Origin: Candidatus Hadarchaeota archaeon
GTDB taxonomy: Archaea > CAYQAE01 > CAYVLA01
Assembly (NCBI GenBank): GCA_964621445.1
Contig: CAZUNO010000011.1
Location: 17,298-81,297 of the forward strand
Length of the DNA: 64,000 nucleotides
Direction: 5' to 3'
The translations under genes were made by a program, and so were the position numbers. Below, piece after piece: positions 8,614-19,304 of this stretch (positions within the stretch are counted from its first letter, which is position 1; each line of letters starts with the position of its first letter). The notes under the pieces were generated by a model, which searched no databases, was not told the DNA's origin, and worked only from the letters and a program-made list of their open reading frames with translations.

Positions 8614-10683
8614 TTGTTCAAGCCGAGGTCCATGAGCAAGGTAAGTATTCTTCTTCTCGACCAGGACCTGGAGCGGTTTACCCGCGAGGCCCAGGAGAGG
8701 GGTTTGCTCCAGTTTACCGAGTCACCCTCCGTGGAGTCCATGGAGAGGCAGGATGTCCGCGACATGCGGAGCAGGATCGCGGACCTGCAGTCCAAGGTGG
8801 ACAGGGCCGTTTCGGTGCTCGAGGATGCCCGGGAGGAGAAGGCCGAGGCCGGTGGCATGTCCCAGCGACTTAAGGGCATGGTAGGTATCCAGGAGCCACC
8901 GGAGCCCCTGGAGCTTGAGTTCGGATCCGTGGAAGACCAGACCGAGTGGTGCTCCTCCAAGGTGGAGGACATACACGAGGAGGTCCAGAGATTCGGCAAC
9001 ACAATGGAGAGGATAGCCGATCAGAGATCCAAGCTGGAGGCCGCCCTGGGACTGATCAGGGAGATGCTCCCGGTGAAGGTGCCCCTGAGCAGGTTCCGGG
9101 AGTCGGACCTGACCTCCACCTTCTTCTTTCACCTGCCCTCGGAGACCGTCGAGCCCCTGACCCAGGCCTGCAAGGACAACCTGGACCCGGTCCACGTTAC
9201 CGTGGTCTCGGGAACGGCAACCGTCCTGGTCATGGCCATGTGTCTGGAGGAGGACAGGAACAGGCTTCTAACCCAGATACACCGTTTCGAGGGCGAGATC
9301 ATAGAGCTGCCCTCCTATGACGGCAGGCCGAGAGAGATTGAGGAGGACATTCTCTCCGAGCTAGAGGAACTCGAGGAGGAGAGGTCGGAGGTCACGGACA
9401 GGATATACACCATAGCGGCCGAGAGGCTGGACGATCTCAAGATAACCCAGGAGGTCCTGGGGATAGAGGAGGAGAGGCTCGAGACCCTAGAGATGCTTTC
9501 CAGAACCGAGAGCGTTGTCTACGTCAGGGGATGGGTCCCAGAGGACGAGCTCCGTGAACTGGACGAGCTGGTGTCCAGAACCACCAGCGGAAGGTACGTG
9601 CTCAGGAGCGATTCCGAATTCGAGGAGGGGGAGGACCCGCCGACCGACCTGGACAACCCGGGGGTTTTCTCCAGCTTCGAGTGGATAACCAAGATGTACG
9701 GCATGCCCAACTACGGCGAGGTCGATCCCACCATCTTCGTGGCCCCCACTTTTGCCGTGTTTTTCGGCACCTGTCTCACCGATGCCGGTTACGGGATCAT
9801 CCTGGCCCTGGTGAGCTTCCTGGTTTTGAGGAAGGCCTGGGGCAAGGAACTGGGAACCGCCTTCACCCTGTGCGGCTTGGGCACGGTGCTGATGGGCTGG
9901 CTCACCGGGGGCTGGTTCGGTAATATACTTTACAGCGGTCAGTACGGATATGGACCGCAGCTCGCCTTTTTCAAGGCTCCCTGGATAGATCCCATAGAGG
10001 ATCCCGTTTCGCTGCTGGTTTTGGCCCTCATGATGGGGATTGTCCACCTCATGCTGGGGCACGCCACGGCCATCATGTCCTCCCACCGGAAGGGCAATCT
10101 GGTCCAGGGCCTCATAACCCATATCGGGTGGCTGTTAACCCTTTCATTTGGAAGCATATTCATAACCTGGTACCTGGAGATCACCACCGCCAACGCCTTC
10201 TGGAGGACTATAAGCACCTGGGGGACCGGCATAGGGGCCTCCATGGGGATAATCGGATACATACTGGAAAGGGAGGGGAGCGCCATGGTGGCCAGCATTC
10301 CCCAGTTTCTATACGACATACTTTCGCACATAGCGGACGTTATCTCATACTCCAGGCTCCTGGCCCTGGGCATTTCAACCGGGGTCAACGCCCTTCTAAT
10401 AGACTATATCGTGGTTGACATAGCCTGGCCCAGCCTGAGCTCCGGAGCCGGGGCGGGGGAGATAGCGATATTTGCCCTGGTCAGCGTGGCCCTGGCCCTG
10501 GGATTCGTGGTCCTCCACCTGGTAAACATGGCCCTCAACTGTCTCACCGGGTTCGTACACACCATGAGGCTGGAGTTCGCCGAGTATTTCGGTAAGTTCT
10601 ACGAGGGGAACGGGGATGAGTTCAGTCCTCTCAAGGCCGAGAGAACCCTCACCAAGAGTGCCAATCCGGGGGGCGGGAACTGA
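8614..10683 (+). CDS. atpI: A-type ATP synthase subunit I (a)
   Basis: MFKPRSMSK, YGMPNYGEVDPT, TDAGYG, ISYSRLLALG, HTMRLEFAEYFGKFYEG. Confidence 0.95.
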   Translation: MFKPRSMSKVSILLLDQDLERFTREAQERGLLQFTESPSVESMERQDVRDMRSRIADLQSKVDRAVSVLEDAREEKAEAGGMSQRLKGMVGIQEPPEPLELEFGSVEDQTEWCSSKVEDIHEEVQRFGNTMERIADQRSKLEAALGLIREMLPVKVPLSRFRESDLTSTFFFHLPSETVEPLTQACKDNLDPVHVTVVSGTATVLVMAMCLEEDRNRLLTQIHRFEGEIIELPSYDGRPREIEEDILSELEELEEERSEVTDRIYTIAAERLDDLKITQEVLGIEEERLETLEMLSRTESVVYVRGWVPEDELRELDELVSRTTSGRYVLRSDSEFEEGEDPPTDLDNPGVFSSFEWITKMYGMPNYGEVDPTIFVAPTFAVFFGTCLTDAGYGIILALVSFLVLRKAWGKELGTAFTLCGLGTVLMGWLTGGWFGNILYSGQYGYGPQLAFFKAPWIDPIEDPVSLLVLALMMGIVHLMLGHATAIMSSHRKGNLVQGLITHIGWLLTLSFGSIFITWYLEITTANAFWRTISTWGTGIGASMGIIGYILEREGSAMVASIPQFLYDILSHIADVISYSRLLALGISTGVNALLIDYIVVDIAWPSLSSGAGAGEIAIFALVSVALALGFVVLHLVNMALNCLTGFVHTMRLEFAEYFGKFYEGNGDEFSPLKAERTLTKSANPGGGN

Positions 10684-11294
10684 TGACCACCGGTCTGGAT
10701 GCCATCCGGGAGACAATAATCCGGCAGGGCGAGGAGAAGGCCGAGGCCATGATCCGCGAGGCCGAGGAGGAGAAGGAGAAGACCCTCGACCAGGCCCAGG
10801 AACGGGCCGAGGAGGAAAGGCAGAGGATATTGGAGGAGGCCAAACCTAGGGCCCGTACCAGGTACGAGGAGAAGCTAGGCTCCATAAGGAGCGAACTGAA
10901 GAGGAAGCTGCTGATAAAGAGGGAGGAGCTGATCGACAAGGCCTGGAGAAGGGCCGAGGACGAGTTAAAAAAATACGTGAAGAGCGACGAGTATTTGGAG
11001 GACCTGAAATCCATGGTGGTCTCTGCCGCCGCCCAGATAGAGGCAGATTCATACCGGGTATCTGCCAGGCCCGATGACCTGGAGAGGCTCGAGGAAATGA
11101 AGAAGGAGATCGAGGACCAGCTGGGAGATCCGGAGATGGTCCTGGGGGAGGAATTGGATTGTATCGGGGGCGTCAAGGTCTCGGACCCGGAGGGGAGAAT
11201 AGTCCTGGACCGTACCTACGACTCGAGAATGAGCCGCATGAAAGCCGAGCTCAGGCCCAAGCTGGCCAAAATACTCACCGAGGGGGCCGATTGA
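10683..11294 (+). CDS. atpE: A-type ATP synthase subunit E
   Basis: N-terminal coiled coil, C-terminal IGGVKVSD..GRIVLDRTYDSR. Confidence 0.92.
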   Translation: MTTGLDAIRETIIRQGEEKAEAMIREAEEEKEKTLDQAQERAEEERQRILEEAKPRARTRYEEKLGSIRSELKRKLLIKREELIDKAWRRAEDELKKYVKSDEYLEDLKSMVVSAAAQIEADSYRVSARPDDLERLEEMKKEIEDQLGDPEMVLGEELDCIGGVKVSDPEGRIVLDRTYDSRMSRMKAELRPKLAKILTEGAD

Positions 11295-12412
11295 TGGTGG
11301 GGTACGAGCTACCCCTGATAATTGGAGGGATCGCGGCGGTCTCGGTGGCGGTTGCCAGCAAGGCCCGTTCCGTGACCCCCTACGCCTACATAATGGCCAA
11401 GATGCGGGCCTGGGAATCCAGGATGCTGAGCGATGCCAAGATGAGATCCCTGTCGGAGTCCGGTTCGATCCCTGATTTCATAAACGGCCTCCGGGATACC
11501 GACTACCAGGAGGACCTGGAGGGTCAGGAGGAGGAGGTCGAGATGGTGGAGAGGGCGCTTTCCCGGCACCTGCTGGACACCTACCAGGAGATATTTCCCC
11601 TTCTCCCCGAGGAGACCCGGGATTTCTTTCAAAAGTTTTCAGAAAGGCTGGACATGGGGAACCTCTCCCTGGTGGTTCAGGCGGCCGCGGGCCGGGTTGA
11701 TCGGGATGTAGTGGTCTCCCATCTGGTGGACGGGGTATCATTCAGACGGGAAAGGCTGGAGGTGATGTCCGGGAGCGAGGGGATCGAGGAACTGGTGGAA
11801 CATCTCAGCGAGACCTCATATTACCAGGACCTGAGGCCCTACCTGGAGCCCGGGGAGGGGGATGCTCAGGAGCTCATGCGGGCCATCAGGCACTCATTCT
11901 ACGTTTCACTGTGGAGAAAGAGCCAGGAACTGGGCCGGAAGAACCGGTCCATAGCCAGGGACCTGGTCGGCCTGGAGATAGACCTGGAGAACGTCAAGCT
12001 GATCCTCAGGCTCAAGCTGAACCAGCTGCCGGCCGATGTGATAATGAAGAACGTGATACCCGTGGACTGCAACCTGACCCAGGACCTCCTTCGGAGCTGT
12101 GCCCAGGCCGAGGACCTGGAGGAGGTCAAGTCCGTGCTGCTAAAGAGCCCCCTGAGGTCGATCCTGGGGGAGGTTTTCGAGTCGGCCAGGGACCAGGTGG
12201 CGGAGGTGGAGAGGCTGTTGCAGGAAGCCCTGCTGAATCACGGAAAGATGCTCTCCCTTTCCAAGCCGCTGACCATAGCCACCCCTCTTTTCTTCCTGTA
12301 CCAGAAGCATGCAGAGGTCCAGAACCTGAGGGGCGTGGCCAGGGGTGTGGCCGATGGCCTGGAAAGCGAGGATATAGAACGAACACTGGTGGGGTCGGGC
12401 AAAATTGAGTGA
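11294..12412 (+). CDS. atpC: A-type ATP synthase subunit C
   Basis: PYAYIMAKMRAWESRML, EIDLENVKLILRLK, EVQNLRGVARG; ATG at 11294 overlaps the atpE stop. Confidence 0.9.
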   Translation: MVGYELPLIIGGIAAVSVAVASKARSVTPYAYIMAKMRAWESRMLSDAKMRSLSESGSIPDFINGLRDTDYQEDLEGQEEEVEMVERALSRHLLDTYQEIFPLLPEETRDFFQKFSERLDMGNLSLVVQAAAGRVDRDVVVSHLVDGVSFRRERLEVMSGSEGIEELVEHLSETSYYQDLRPYLEPGEGDAQELMRAIRHSFYVSLWRKSQELGRKNRSIARDLVGLEIDLENVKLILRLKLNQLPADVIMKNVIPVDCNLTQDLLRSCAQAEDLEEVKSVLLKSPLRSILGEVFESARDQVAEVERLLQEALLNHGKMLSLSKPLTIATPLFFLYQKHAEVQNLRGVARGVADGLESEDIERTLVGSGKIE

Positions 12413-12734
12413 GGTCGTGGTCATAGGGGATCGGGACACGGTAACCGGGTTCCGCCTGGCCGGGATAGAGGGGACCCAGGTGGGCGAGAATGCTAACGAG
12501 ATACGGGATTTCATTCAGAGGTCTCTGGATAGGGACGTGGGAATAGTAATCATAACCAGGTCAAGGGCAGATATGGTTAGAGAATACCTGGACAGGGTCA
12601 GAAGGGAGAGGGCCCTGGTTAAGCCCGTTTTCGTGGAGATACCAGACAAGGGAGGATCACCGGAGGAGGGGAGACTGGAACATCTCATAAAGAGGGTTCT
12701 GGGAACCGAAGTATCATTGGAGTCGATAGGATGA
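12405..12734 (+). CDS. atpF: A-type ATP synthase subunit F
   Basis: [25 protein letters not shown]. Confidence 0.95.
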   Translation: MSEVVVIGDRDTVTGFRLAGIEGTQVGENANEIRDFIQRSLDRDVGIVIITRSRADMVREYLDRVRRERALVKPVFVEIPDKGGSPEEGRLEHLIKRVLGTEVSLESIG

Positions 12735-14479
12735 TTGAAGGATCAGTTCAGAGGGTTGCCGGTCCGGTCGTGACCGCCAAGGGGTTGGCCGGGTCCAAAA
12801 TGCATGACATCGTTTACGTCGGAGAGGATGAACTCATAGGGGAGATAATCAGGCTCAGGAGCGACACCGCCGAGATACAGGTCTACGAGGAGACGGCGGG
12901 GGTCAAGCCCGGGGACGTCATCAACTGCGTCCAGAGGCCGCTCTCGGCCGAACTTGGCCCCGGCCTTATCGGAAACACCTACGACGGCGTGCAGAGACCC
13001 CTGGAGGCCATACAGGAGAAGACCGGGAATTTCATCTCCCGCGGGGTTGGTGCCGACGCCCTGGACCGGGACGCCAAGTGGAAGTTCGTGCCGGCGATCG
13101 AGGAGGGAGATGAGGTCAGCGGGGGGCAGTTCCTGGGCAAGGTCCCCGAATCGAAGATAGTCGACCACAAGATCATGGTTCCCGTGGGCCTGGAGGGGAT
13201 GGTCGAGGACATCGTCCCCGAGGGGGAGTACCGGGTGGAGGACCGGGTGGCCACCATAGACGGCACCGAGGTCTCGATGATGAGCTTCTGGCCGGTTCGA
13301 AGGCCCAGGCCAGTGAGCGAGAAGATGGACCCCACCATCCCTCTGGTCACCGGGCAGAGGATATTCGACACCTTCTTCCCCATAGCCAAGGGGGGGACGG
13401 CCGCCATACCCGGGGGCTTCGGAACCGGAAAGACGGTCTCCCAACACCAGCTGGCCAAGTGGAGTGACGCGGACATAGTGGTCTACGTCGGCTGCGGTGA
13501 GCGGGGAAATGAAATGGCCGAGGTGCTGAAGGACTTCCCGGCCCTAGAGGACCCGCGACACAACGTTCCCCTCATGGAGCGCACCATACTCATAGCAAAC
13601 ACCTCCAACATGCCGGTGGCGGCCAGGGAGGCCTCGGTGTACACCGGGATAACCCTGGCGGAGTACTACCGGGACATGGGCTACGGCGTGGCCCTGATGG
13701 CGGACTCCACATCCAGGTGGGCCGAGGCCCTCAGGGAGATCTCCGCCCGGCTGGAGGAGATGCCGGGGGAGAGGGGCTTCCCGGCCTACCTGGGGAGCAG
13801 GTTGGCCGAGTTCTACGAGCGGGCCGGGAGGGTCACCACCTTGTCCGGCGATCAGGGATCGGTCTCCGTGGTCGGTGCCGTGTCACCGGGCGGGGGGGAC
13901 TTCTCGGAGCCGGTTACCCAGAACACCCTGAGGATAACCCAGGTTTTCTGGGCCCTGGACTCCGACCTCGCCCAGCGAAGGCACTTCCCGGCCGTGAACT
14001 GGCTGGACAGCTACTCCAAGTACGTGGACCAGCTGGCTGACTGGTACAGGGATAACGTTGGTGACCTGACCCAGGTTAGGTCCAGGAGCCTGGAGCTACT
14101 ACAGCGTGAGGACGAGCTCCAGGAGATCGTGCAGCTGGTGGGCCCGGACGCCCTGCCGGAGAACGAGAGGCTGCTACTGGAATGCACCCGGATGATAAGG
14201 GAGGACTTCCTACAGCAGTTCGCCTTCCACGAGGTCGATACCTACTGTCCGCTGTCCAAGCAGTTCGAGATGATGAACGTAATCTTCGAGTTTTACGATT
14301 CGGCACGCAAGCTGGTGGAGTCAGGAATCAGCGTGGAGAGGATCAAGGGCATGAAGGTGAGAAATGATATAGCCCGGATGAAGAACATTCCCACCGAGGA
14401 GTTCGAGGAACAGGCGAGGAAGATCAGGAAGAGAATTGACGATGAGATGCGCCAGGTAAGGGAGGGGGACCAGGAATGA
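12731..14479 (+). CDS. atpA: A-type ATP synthase subunit A
   Basis: GGFGTGKT Walker [23 protein letters not shown]; no intein. Confidence 0.98.
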   Translation: MIEGSVQRVAGPVVTAKGLAGSKMHDIVYVGEDELIGEIIRLRSDTAEIQVYEETAGVKPGDVINCVQRPLSAELGPGLIGNTYDGVQRPLEAIQEKTGNFISRGVGADALDRDAKWKFVPAIEEGDEVSGGQFLGKVPESKIVDHKIMVPVGLEGMVEDIVPEGEYRVEDRVATIDGTEVSMMSFWPVRRPRPVSEKMDPTIPLVTGQRIFDTFFPIAKGGTAAIPGGFGTGKTVSQHQLAKWSDADIVVYVGCGERGNEMAEVLKDFPALEDPRHNVPLMERTILIANTSNMPVAAREASVYTGITLAEYYRDMGYGVALMADSTSRWAEALREISARLEEMPGERGFPAYLGSRLAEFYERAGRVTTLSGDQGSVSVVGAVSPGGGDFSEPVTQNTLRITQVFWALDSDLAQRRHFPAVNWLDSYSKYVDQLADWYRDNVGDLTQVRSRSLELLQREDELQEIVQLVGPDALPENERLLLECTRMIREDFLQQFAFHEVDTYCPLSKQFEMMNVIFEFYDSARKLVESGISVERIKGMKVRNDIARMKNIPTEEFEEQARKIRKRIDDEMRQVREGDQE

Positions 14480-15873
14480 GCACCGACAAGGTCTACAACA
14501 CGGTTTCCGAGGTATCCGGACCCCTCATCGTGGTCGAGGACGTGGAGGGGGTGGGCTTCGACGAGGTCGTGGAGGTCAGGACCCCCGACGGCCAGGAGAG
14601 AATGGGAAGGGTCCTGGAGGTGGGAGAGAACGCGGCCGTGGTGATGATATTCGAGGGCACCTCCGGGCTGGACACCAACCGGACCAGCGTGCGGTTCTCG
14701 GGTGAGACCCTGAAGCTGCCGGTTTCCATGGAGCTCCTGGGACGTGTCTTCGACGGGATGGGCCGACCCCGCGACGGCGGCCCGGACGTGGTTGCAGACG
14801 ACCGCCGGGACATAAGCGGTGCCCCAATGAACCCGGTGTCCAGGGAGTACCCGGAGGAATTCATACAGACCGGGATATCGGCCATTGACGGCATGAATAC
14901 CCTGGTCCGGGGCCAGAAGCTGCCCATTTTCTCGGGATCGGGCCTGCCCCACAACCAGATCGCGGCGCAGATTGCCAGGCAGGCAACTGTCCTGGGCGAG
15001 GAGGAGGACTTCGCCGTGGTCTTCGCGGCCATGGGGATAACCTACGAGGAGGCCAACTTCTTCAGAAAGGATTTCGAGCGCACCGGGGCCATGGAGAGGA
15101 TCGTTCTGTTCCTTAACCTCGCCGACGACCCGTCGGTGGAGAGGATCATAACCCCCCGAATGGCGCTAACCGCCGCCGAGTACCTGGCCTTCGACCAGGG
15201 GATGCACGTCCTGGTAATCAGGACCGACATGACAAACTACTGCGAGGGCCTGAGGGAGATAAGCGCCGCTAGGGAGGAGGTCCCGGGTAGAAGAGGTTAT
15301 CCGGGCTACATGTATACCGATTTGGCTATGACCTACGAGAGGGCGGGAAGGATGAAGAACAGGAAGGGGAGCGTGACCCAGATACCCATCCTCACCATGC
15401 CCGACGACGACATCACACACCCCATCCCCGACCTGACCGGCTACATAACCGAGGGCCAGATAGTCCTCTCCCGGGCCCTGCACAAGAGGGGCATATACCC
15501 ACCCATAGACGTCCTTCCCTCCCTCAGCCGTCTGATGAAGAGGGGGATCGGCGAAGGGCACACCAGGGAGGACCACGCCGACGTTCAGAACCAGCTCTAC
15601 GCGGCCTACGGCGAGGGATGCGACCTCAGGGACCTGGTGGCCGTGGTGGGGGAGGAGGCCCTGAGCCCCAGGGACCGGAGGTACCTTAACTTGGCCGATG
15701 TGTTCGAGAACGAGTTCCTGAAGCAGGGACCGAACGAGAACCGGTCCATAGAGGAGACCCTGTCCCTGGCATGGGACGTGTTGTCCAACCTTCCCGAGTC
15801 CGAGCTGAAGAGGATTGATCAGGATTATATCGACCACTACTTCCCGGAGCAGGAATCCGAGGAGAAGGAGTAG
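14476..15873 (+). CDS. atpB: A-type ATP synthase subunit B
   Basis: [43 protein letters not shown]. Confidence 0.98.
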   Translation: MSTDKVYNTVSEVSGPLIVVEDVEGVGFDEVVEVRTPDGQERMGRVLEVGENAAVVMIFEGTSGLDTNRTSVRFSGETLKLPVSMELLGRVFDGMGRPRDGGPDVVADDRRDISGAPMNPVSREYPEEFIQTGISAIDGMNTLVRGQKLPIFSGSGLPHNQIAAQIARQATVLGEEEDFAVVFAAMGITYEEANFFRKDFERTGAMERIVLFLNLADDPSVERIITPRMALTAAEYLAFDQGMHVLVIRTDMTNYCEGLREISAAREEVPGRRGYPGYMYTDLAMTYERAGRMKNRKGSVTQIPILTMPDDDITHPIPDLTGYITEGQIVLSRALHKRGIYPPIDVLPSLSRLMKRGIGEGHTREDHADVQNQLYAAYGEGCDLRDLVAVVGEEALSPRDRRYLNLADVFENEFLKQGPNENRSIEETLSLAWDVLSNLPESELKRIDQDYIDHYFPEQESEEKE

Positions 15874-15881
15874 GTGTTGCC

Positions 15882-16535
15882 ATGCCTAAAGGTGGCCTAG
15901 AGGATGTAAAACCCACCCGGATGGAACTCCTGCAGCTCAAGAAGAGGGTGGAGCTGGCGGAGAAGGGACGTGACCTGTTGGAGGAGAAGAGGGACGCCCT
16001 GATGATGGAGTTCTTCGACGCCATGCGCCTGGTCCGGGACCGGAGGGAGACCGCGAACCGTGTTCTACAGAGGGCGCACAGGGATCTCTCCCTCTGTTTC
16101 TCCACCATGGGTACCCAGGAGACCAGGCAGGTATCGACCTACACACAGGCCGAGATCAACGTTTCCATCGGTTCCAAGAACGTCATGGGGGTGACCATAC
16201 CAACGGCGGAGGTGGGGGATATAAAGAGAGATGCAAACCAGAGGGGGTACCCCTTCCTGGGCAACACCGTGCGTCTGGACGAGGCGGCGGGGTCTTTCGA
16301 GGACGCGCTGCAGGCCATCGTGGACCTGGCGGCGGCCGAGGAGACCGCGAGAAAGGTGGCCTCGGAGCTGGAGAAGACCAAGAGGAGGGTCAGCGCCCTG
16401 GATAACGTGGTGGTGCCCAATTTGCAGTCCACCATAAAGAGGATTCAGGACAAGCTCGAGGAGCAGGAGAGGGAGAGCTTCGTCAGGCTCAAGAAGGTAA
16501 AGAGCCTGCTAACCGACGAGGAAGGCTTACTCTAG
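15882..16535 (+). CDS. atpD: A-type ATP synthase subunit D
   Basis: KPTRMELL, LLEEKRDAL, KTKRRVSALD. Confidence 0.95.
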   Translation: MPKGGLEDVKPTRMELLQLKKRVELAEKGRDLLEEKRDALMMEFFDAMRLVRDRRETANRVLQRAHRDLSLCFSTMGTQETRQVSTYTQAEINVSIGSKNVMGVTIPTAEVGDIKRDANQRGYPFLGNTVRLDEAAGSFEDALQAIVDLAAAEETARKVASELEKTKRRVSALDNVVVPNLQSTIKRIQDKLEEQERESFVRLKKVKSLLTDEEGLL

Positions 16536-16595
16536 GCGGGCTCTCGAAACATTTTTCTTCATTTCACTACGGGCATGTGCAGGGCGAGGGAGGAT

Positions 16596-16904
16596 ATGGA
16601 TGGAAGCTCCTCGGGAAAAATTGTCCTGCTAGCGGCGATAGGAGGACCGGTCGGTAATCTTGTCCTGGTCTCGGGAGCCATGTCCCTGGTAATGATCCTT
16701 CTGGACGTCGAACTGCTGGTGATGGGGATGGCCATATTTGGCCTGTACTCACTGGGCCTTTCCCTGATCTACCTGGTGATGAGGCCGGCTCTGGAGGCCA
16801 TGGAAGCCACCCGTTTGTTCCAGGCGGCGATGGTGGTGGTTACCATTGCCTTCCTGTCTTTCACCCTAACCTTCCTCCTCGACATGGAGATATTGAATTG
16901 GTGA
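16596..16904 (+). CDS. Small hypothetical membrane protein (about 3 TM)
   Basis: Hydrophobic ORF with GGAGG upstream of ATG 16596; coupled to the next gene. Confidence 0.65.
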   Translation: MDGSSSGKIVLLAAIGGPVGNLVLVSGAMSLVMILLDVELLVMGMAIFGLYSLGLSLIYLVMRPALEAMEATRLFQAAMVVVTIAFLSFTLTFLLDMEILNW

Positions 16905-17320
16905 CCACTGCTTACGACTTGGCGACGGCCTACGATATCAGCCGAAAGGAATTGGTGTTCTGCAATGCAAACGACCCGGTCCGAAAGGTGGCCAGGGACT
17001 TTTACGAAAAGAAGATCGGGTCCATGATAGTGGTCAGGGACGATGAGTATATCGGTTTCGTGACCGACGAGAACATATTCCAGGCCATCGCCGAGGATGT
17101 GGACCTGCTCACCTCCAAGGTGGGTGACCTCAAGCTTGACGAGCTTCACAAGATCGACAGGGACGCAACCCTTTCCGAGGTCTCCGACAAGTTTGCCCAG
17201 ACCCAGGCCACCCGGCTGGCCGTGGTTGACGAGCACGGAAAGGTGGTGGCGGTGGTAAAGAAGAAGAACCTGGAGCTACTGGACCGGTTCAGTTTCGTGG
17301 ACCGACTAATGAAGGGCTAG
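16901..17320 (+). CDS. CBS-domain protein
   Basis: Tandem CBS pattern (KKIGSMIVVRDDEYIGFVT; TRLAVVDEHGKVVAVV). Confidence 0.85.
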   Translation: MTTAYDLATAYDISRKELVFCNANDPVRKVARDFYEKKIGSMIVVRDDEYIGFVTDENIFQAIAEDVDLLTSKVGDLKLDELHKIDRDATLSEVSDKFAQTQATRLAVVDEHGKVVAVVKKKNLELLDRFSFVDRLMKG

Positions 17321-18594
17321 TCCTGTCCCCCTCCCTCCCCGGCTTCCCGGTCCCTTTCCTGTTTTGATTTTATCACGTAGTACATTATGGGGTTCTTTAT
17401 TCGACGGCAGGTCTCGTCGGGGTCGCACAATGAGGGGACCTCCCTCCGGATCTTTTCGCAGTTCGGCGGGATATACCAGGTGGAGTTACCGGAGTCCACA
17501 AGCCGGGGGCTCTGAATCAGCCCGAAGCCTAGGTGGTAGAGAATGTTGGCCTTCTCCAGCGGCTGGTCCTCGAAGAGCGGCGGGTTGCACCTGGATCCGG
17601 CCTCGTATATACGGGGTACTATCTCCTCCTCCACTATGGACATGTCGTCTATGAAGTCGGATATCTTGGCATCTCCGGCCAGGGGGGATATCCGGGCGTG
17701 GGAGAAGAAGGAGGTCAGTAGAACGGTGATGGCGTAGTTACGGCTGCCCGCCTCAACGCCCTGTTCGGCCTTCCTGATGCATGGCGGGAAGAGTTCCTCC
17801 CTGAGCTCACCTCCCATGGCCACCAGGTCCTGGTGGCTGCGGCGGGCGATATCCGATACTATCTCCCCGATCCGCCTGAACACCGGGTGCGGTTTCATGC
17901 CCGCCCTCTTCATCTTCAGGTGGACCTTATCGATGTACTCCTCCATGTGCCGGGCTGTTCTCTCGGCCAGCACCTCCAGTGCATCATTTGGCGACAGGAA
18001 TGCCCACCCGTCCTTGATGTAGAAATCCACCATCTCGTGGGCCGTTCCCAGCAGGTTGGTCCACCTGAACTTGTACTGGATCTGGTCCAGGTCCGAGTAT
18101 GAGGCCTTCACGCTTCGGCGGGATGTGAACTTCCTGAGGGCCATAACCTTGTATCTGTCCTCCTCGGGCATGTCTCCCTGTTCAACCCTTCTCAGCCCGA
18201 TGTCTGGTATGAGGCCGACTATGGAGCCCCTTTCCCTGACATAGGCCCGTTTCAACCTCCTTCTGATGATCTCCCTGTAACCGGATATCACGGTTCGTGA
18301 CTCGAAGGAGGTGGGTGAGAAACAGGCGGCGCAGGACTGCATGAGCAGGTAGAGAACCGCGATCTCGAACCTGGGGTCGGGGGGGTTTACGGCCTCCTCG
18401 GGCGGTGATTTCTGGACCATTGTCGGCTGATCGTCCTCCCCCACGCTGGGCTTGGACTGCCACTCGATTCTCTGCCTGCAGGCCTGTATGTATCTCTGGC
18501 CCAGACTGTTGATTGGTGGGGTTTCCTTGGCCAGTTCCCGGGCGGGCTCTGAGAAGGGGTCCAGAAGAGCCCTCTGCACATCGATCCGAGCCAC
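17317..18594 (-). CDS. priL: DNA primase large subunit
   Basis: LDPFSE N-terminus, FPPCI..GSRNYAITVLLTSF, WYIPPNCEKI..LC.PD..C..IKNP Fe-S cysteines; start uncertain (GTG 18594 chosen). Confidence 0.9.
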   Translation of the reverse strand: MARIDVQRALLDPFSEPARELAKETPPINSLGQRYIQACRQRIEWQSKPSVGEDDQPTMVQKSPPEEAVNPPDPRFEIAVLYLLMQSCAACFSPTSFESRTVISGYREIIRRRLKRAYVRERGSIVGLIPDIGLRRVEQGDMPEEDRYKVMALRKFTSRRSVKASYSDLDQIQYKFRWTNLLGTAHEMVDFYIKDGWAFLSPNDALEVLAERTARHMEEYIDKVHLKMKRAGMKPHPVFRRIGEIVSDIARRSHQDLVAMGGELREELFPPCIRKAEQGVEAGSRNYAITVLLTSFFSHARISPLAGDAKISDFIDDMSIVEEEIVPRIYEAGSRCNPPLFEDQPLEKANILYHLGFGLIQSPRLVDSGNSTWYIPPNCEKIRREVPSLCDPDETCRRIKNPIMYYVIKSKQERDREAGEGGGQD

Positions 18595-18634
18595 GGTGTT
18601 AGGCAGGTTCCGGGGGATAAAAATCGTGCCCAGT

Positions 18635-19300
18635 CTAGTCCCAGGCGATGAAGCTGGACAGTCCATTCCCCAGGAAGTATATCCCCAGGAGAACTAGAAA
18701 TATGGAGCATCCTACCAGAACCCCCCTGTAGACCACGTCGTTTATGTGTTTGGTTCCGGTGGCGACTCCGGCCGATATCAGGCTGAACCAGGCCAGATCC
18801 GATAGTATGTGTCCCGAGTAGAATGCCGGGAGTCCAAGCGGCCCGGCCTCCGAGGCCATTGCTATGTAGGCAAGTCCTATTGTTGCCCACCAAAGCATCC
18901 AGTAGGGATTAGAGGCGCTGGTCACTATGCCCTCGATCACCGGCCTGAGCACGGACTCCTCCCTCGCGGAATGGCCCGAGTCGGGCCGGGATGGCAGCTC
19001 GGCCTTCCCGGTCTTGACCTCGTAGGCTATCATGGCACCTAGGGCCACCAGCATGAGGCCACCAACTATCAGTATGGTGTTCATCACCGCTTCCCTCCGC
19101 AGGATCTCGCCCAGGCCGGCCAGCACCGCGGATATTAGCCCAACCTCGATTATCCCGTGCCCCAGGACCACCAGTGGCCCGGCCTTAAAACCCATGCGGG
19201 CCGAGCGGTTTATGGTGGCCACCAGTACCGGACCGGGCATCATGGCTCCGCTGAGACCCACCACGAAGGCGCTACCGAACAGAAACGGGAGGGAGGCCAT
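18635..19300 (-). CDS. LysE-family translocator
   Basis: GLSGAMMPGP, GHGIIE, SNPYWMLWW, GHILSDLAWF. Confidence 0.9.
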   Translation of the reverse strand: MASLPFLFGSAFVVGLSGAMMPGPVLVATINRSARMGFKAGPLVVLGHGIIEVGLISAVLAGLGEILRREAVMNTILIVGGLMLVALGAMIAYEVKTGKAELPSRPDSGHSAREESVLRPVIEGIVTSASNPYWMLWWATIGLAYIAMASEAGPLGLPAFYSGHILSDLAWFSLISAGVATGTKHINDVVYRGVLVGCSIFLVLLGIYFLGNGLSSFIAWD

Positions 19301-19304
19301 GGCT

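Noticed and set aside
2332-15837. Long antisense or alternative-frame ORFs over acs and the atp genes
   Set aside because: Shadow ORFs expected from high GC at third codon positions opposite well-conserved genes.
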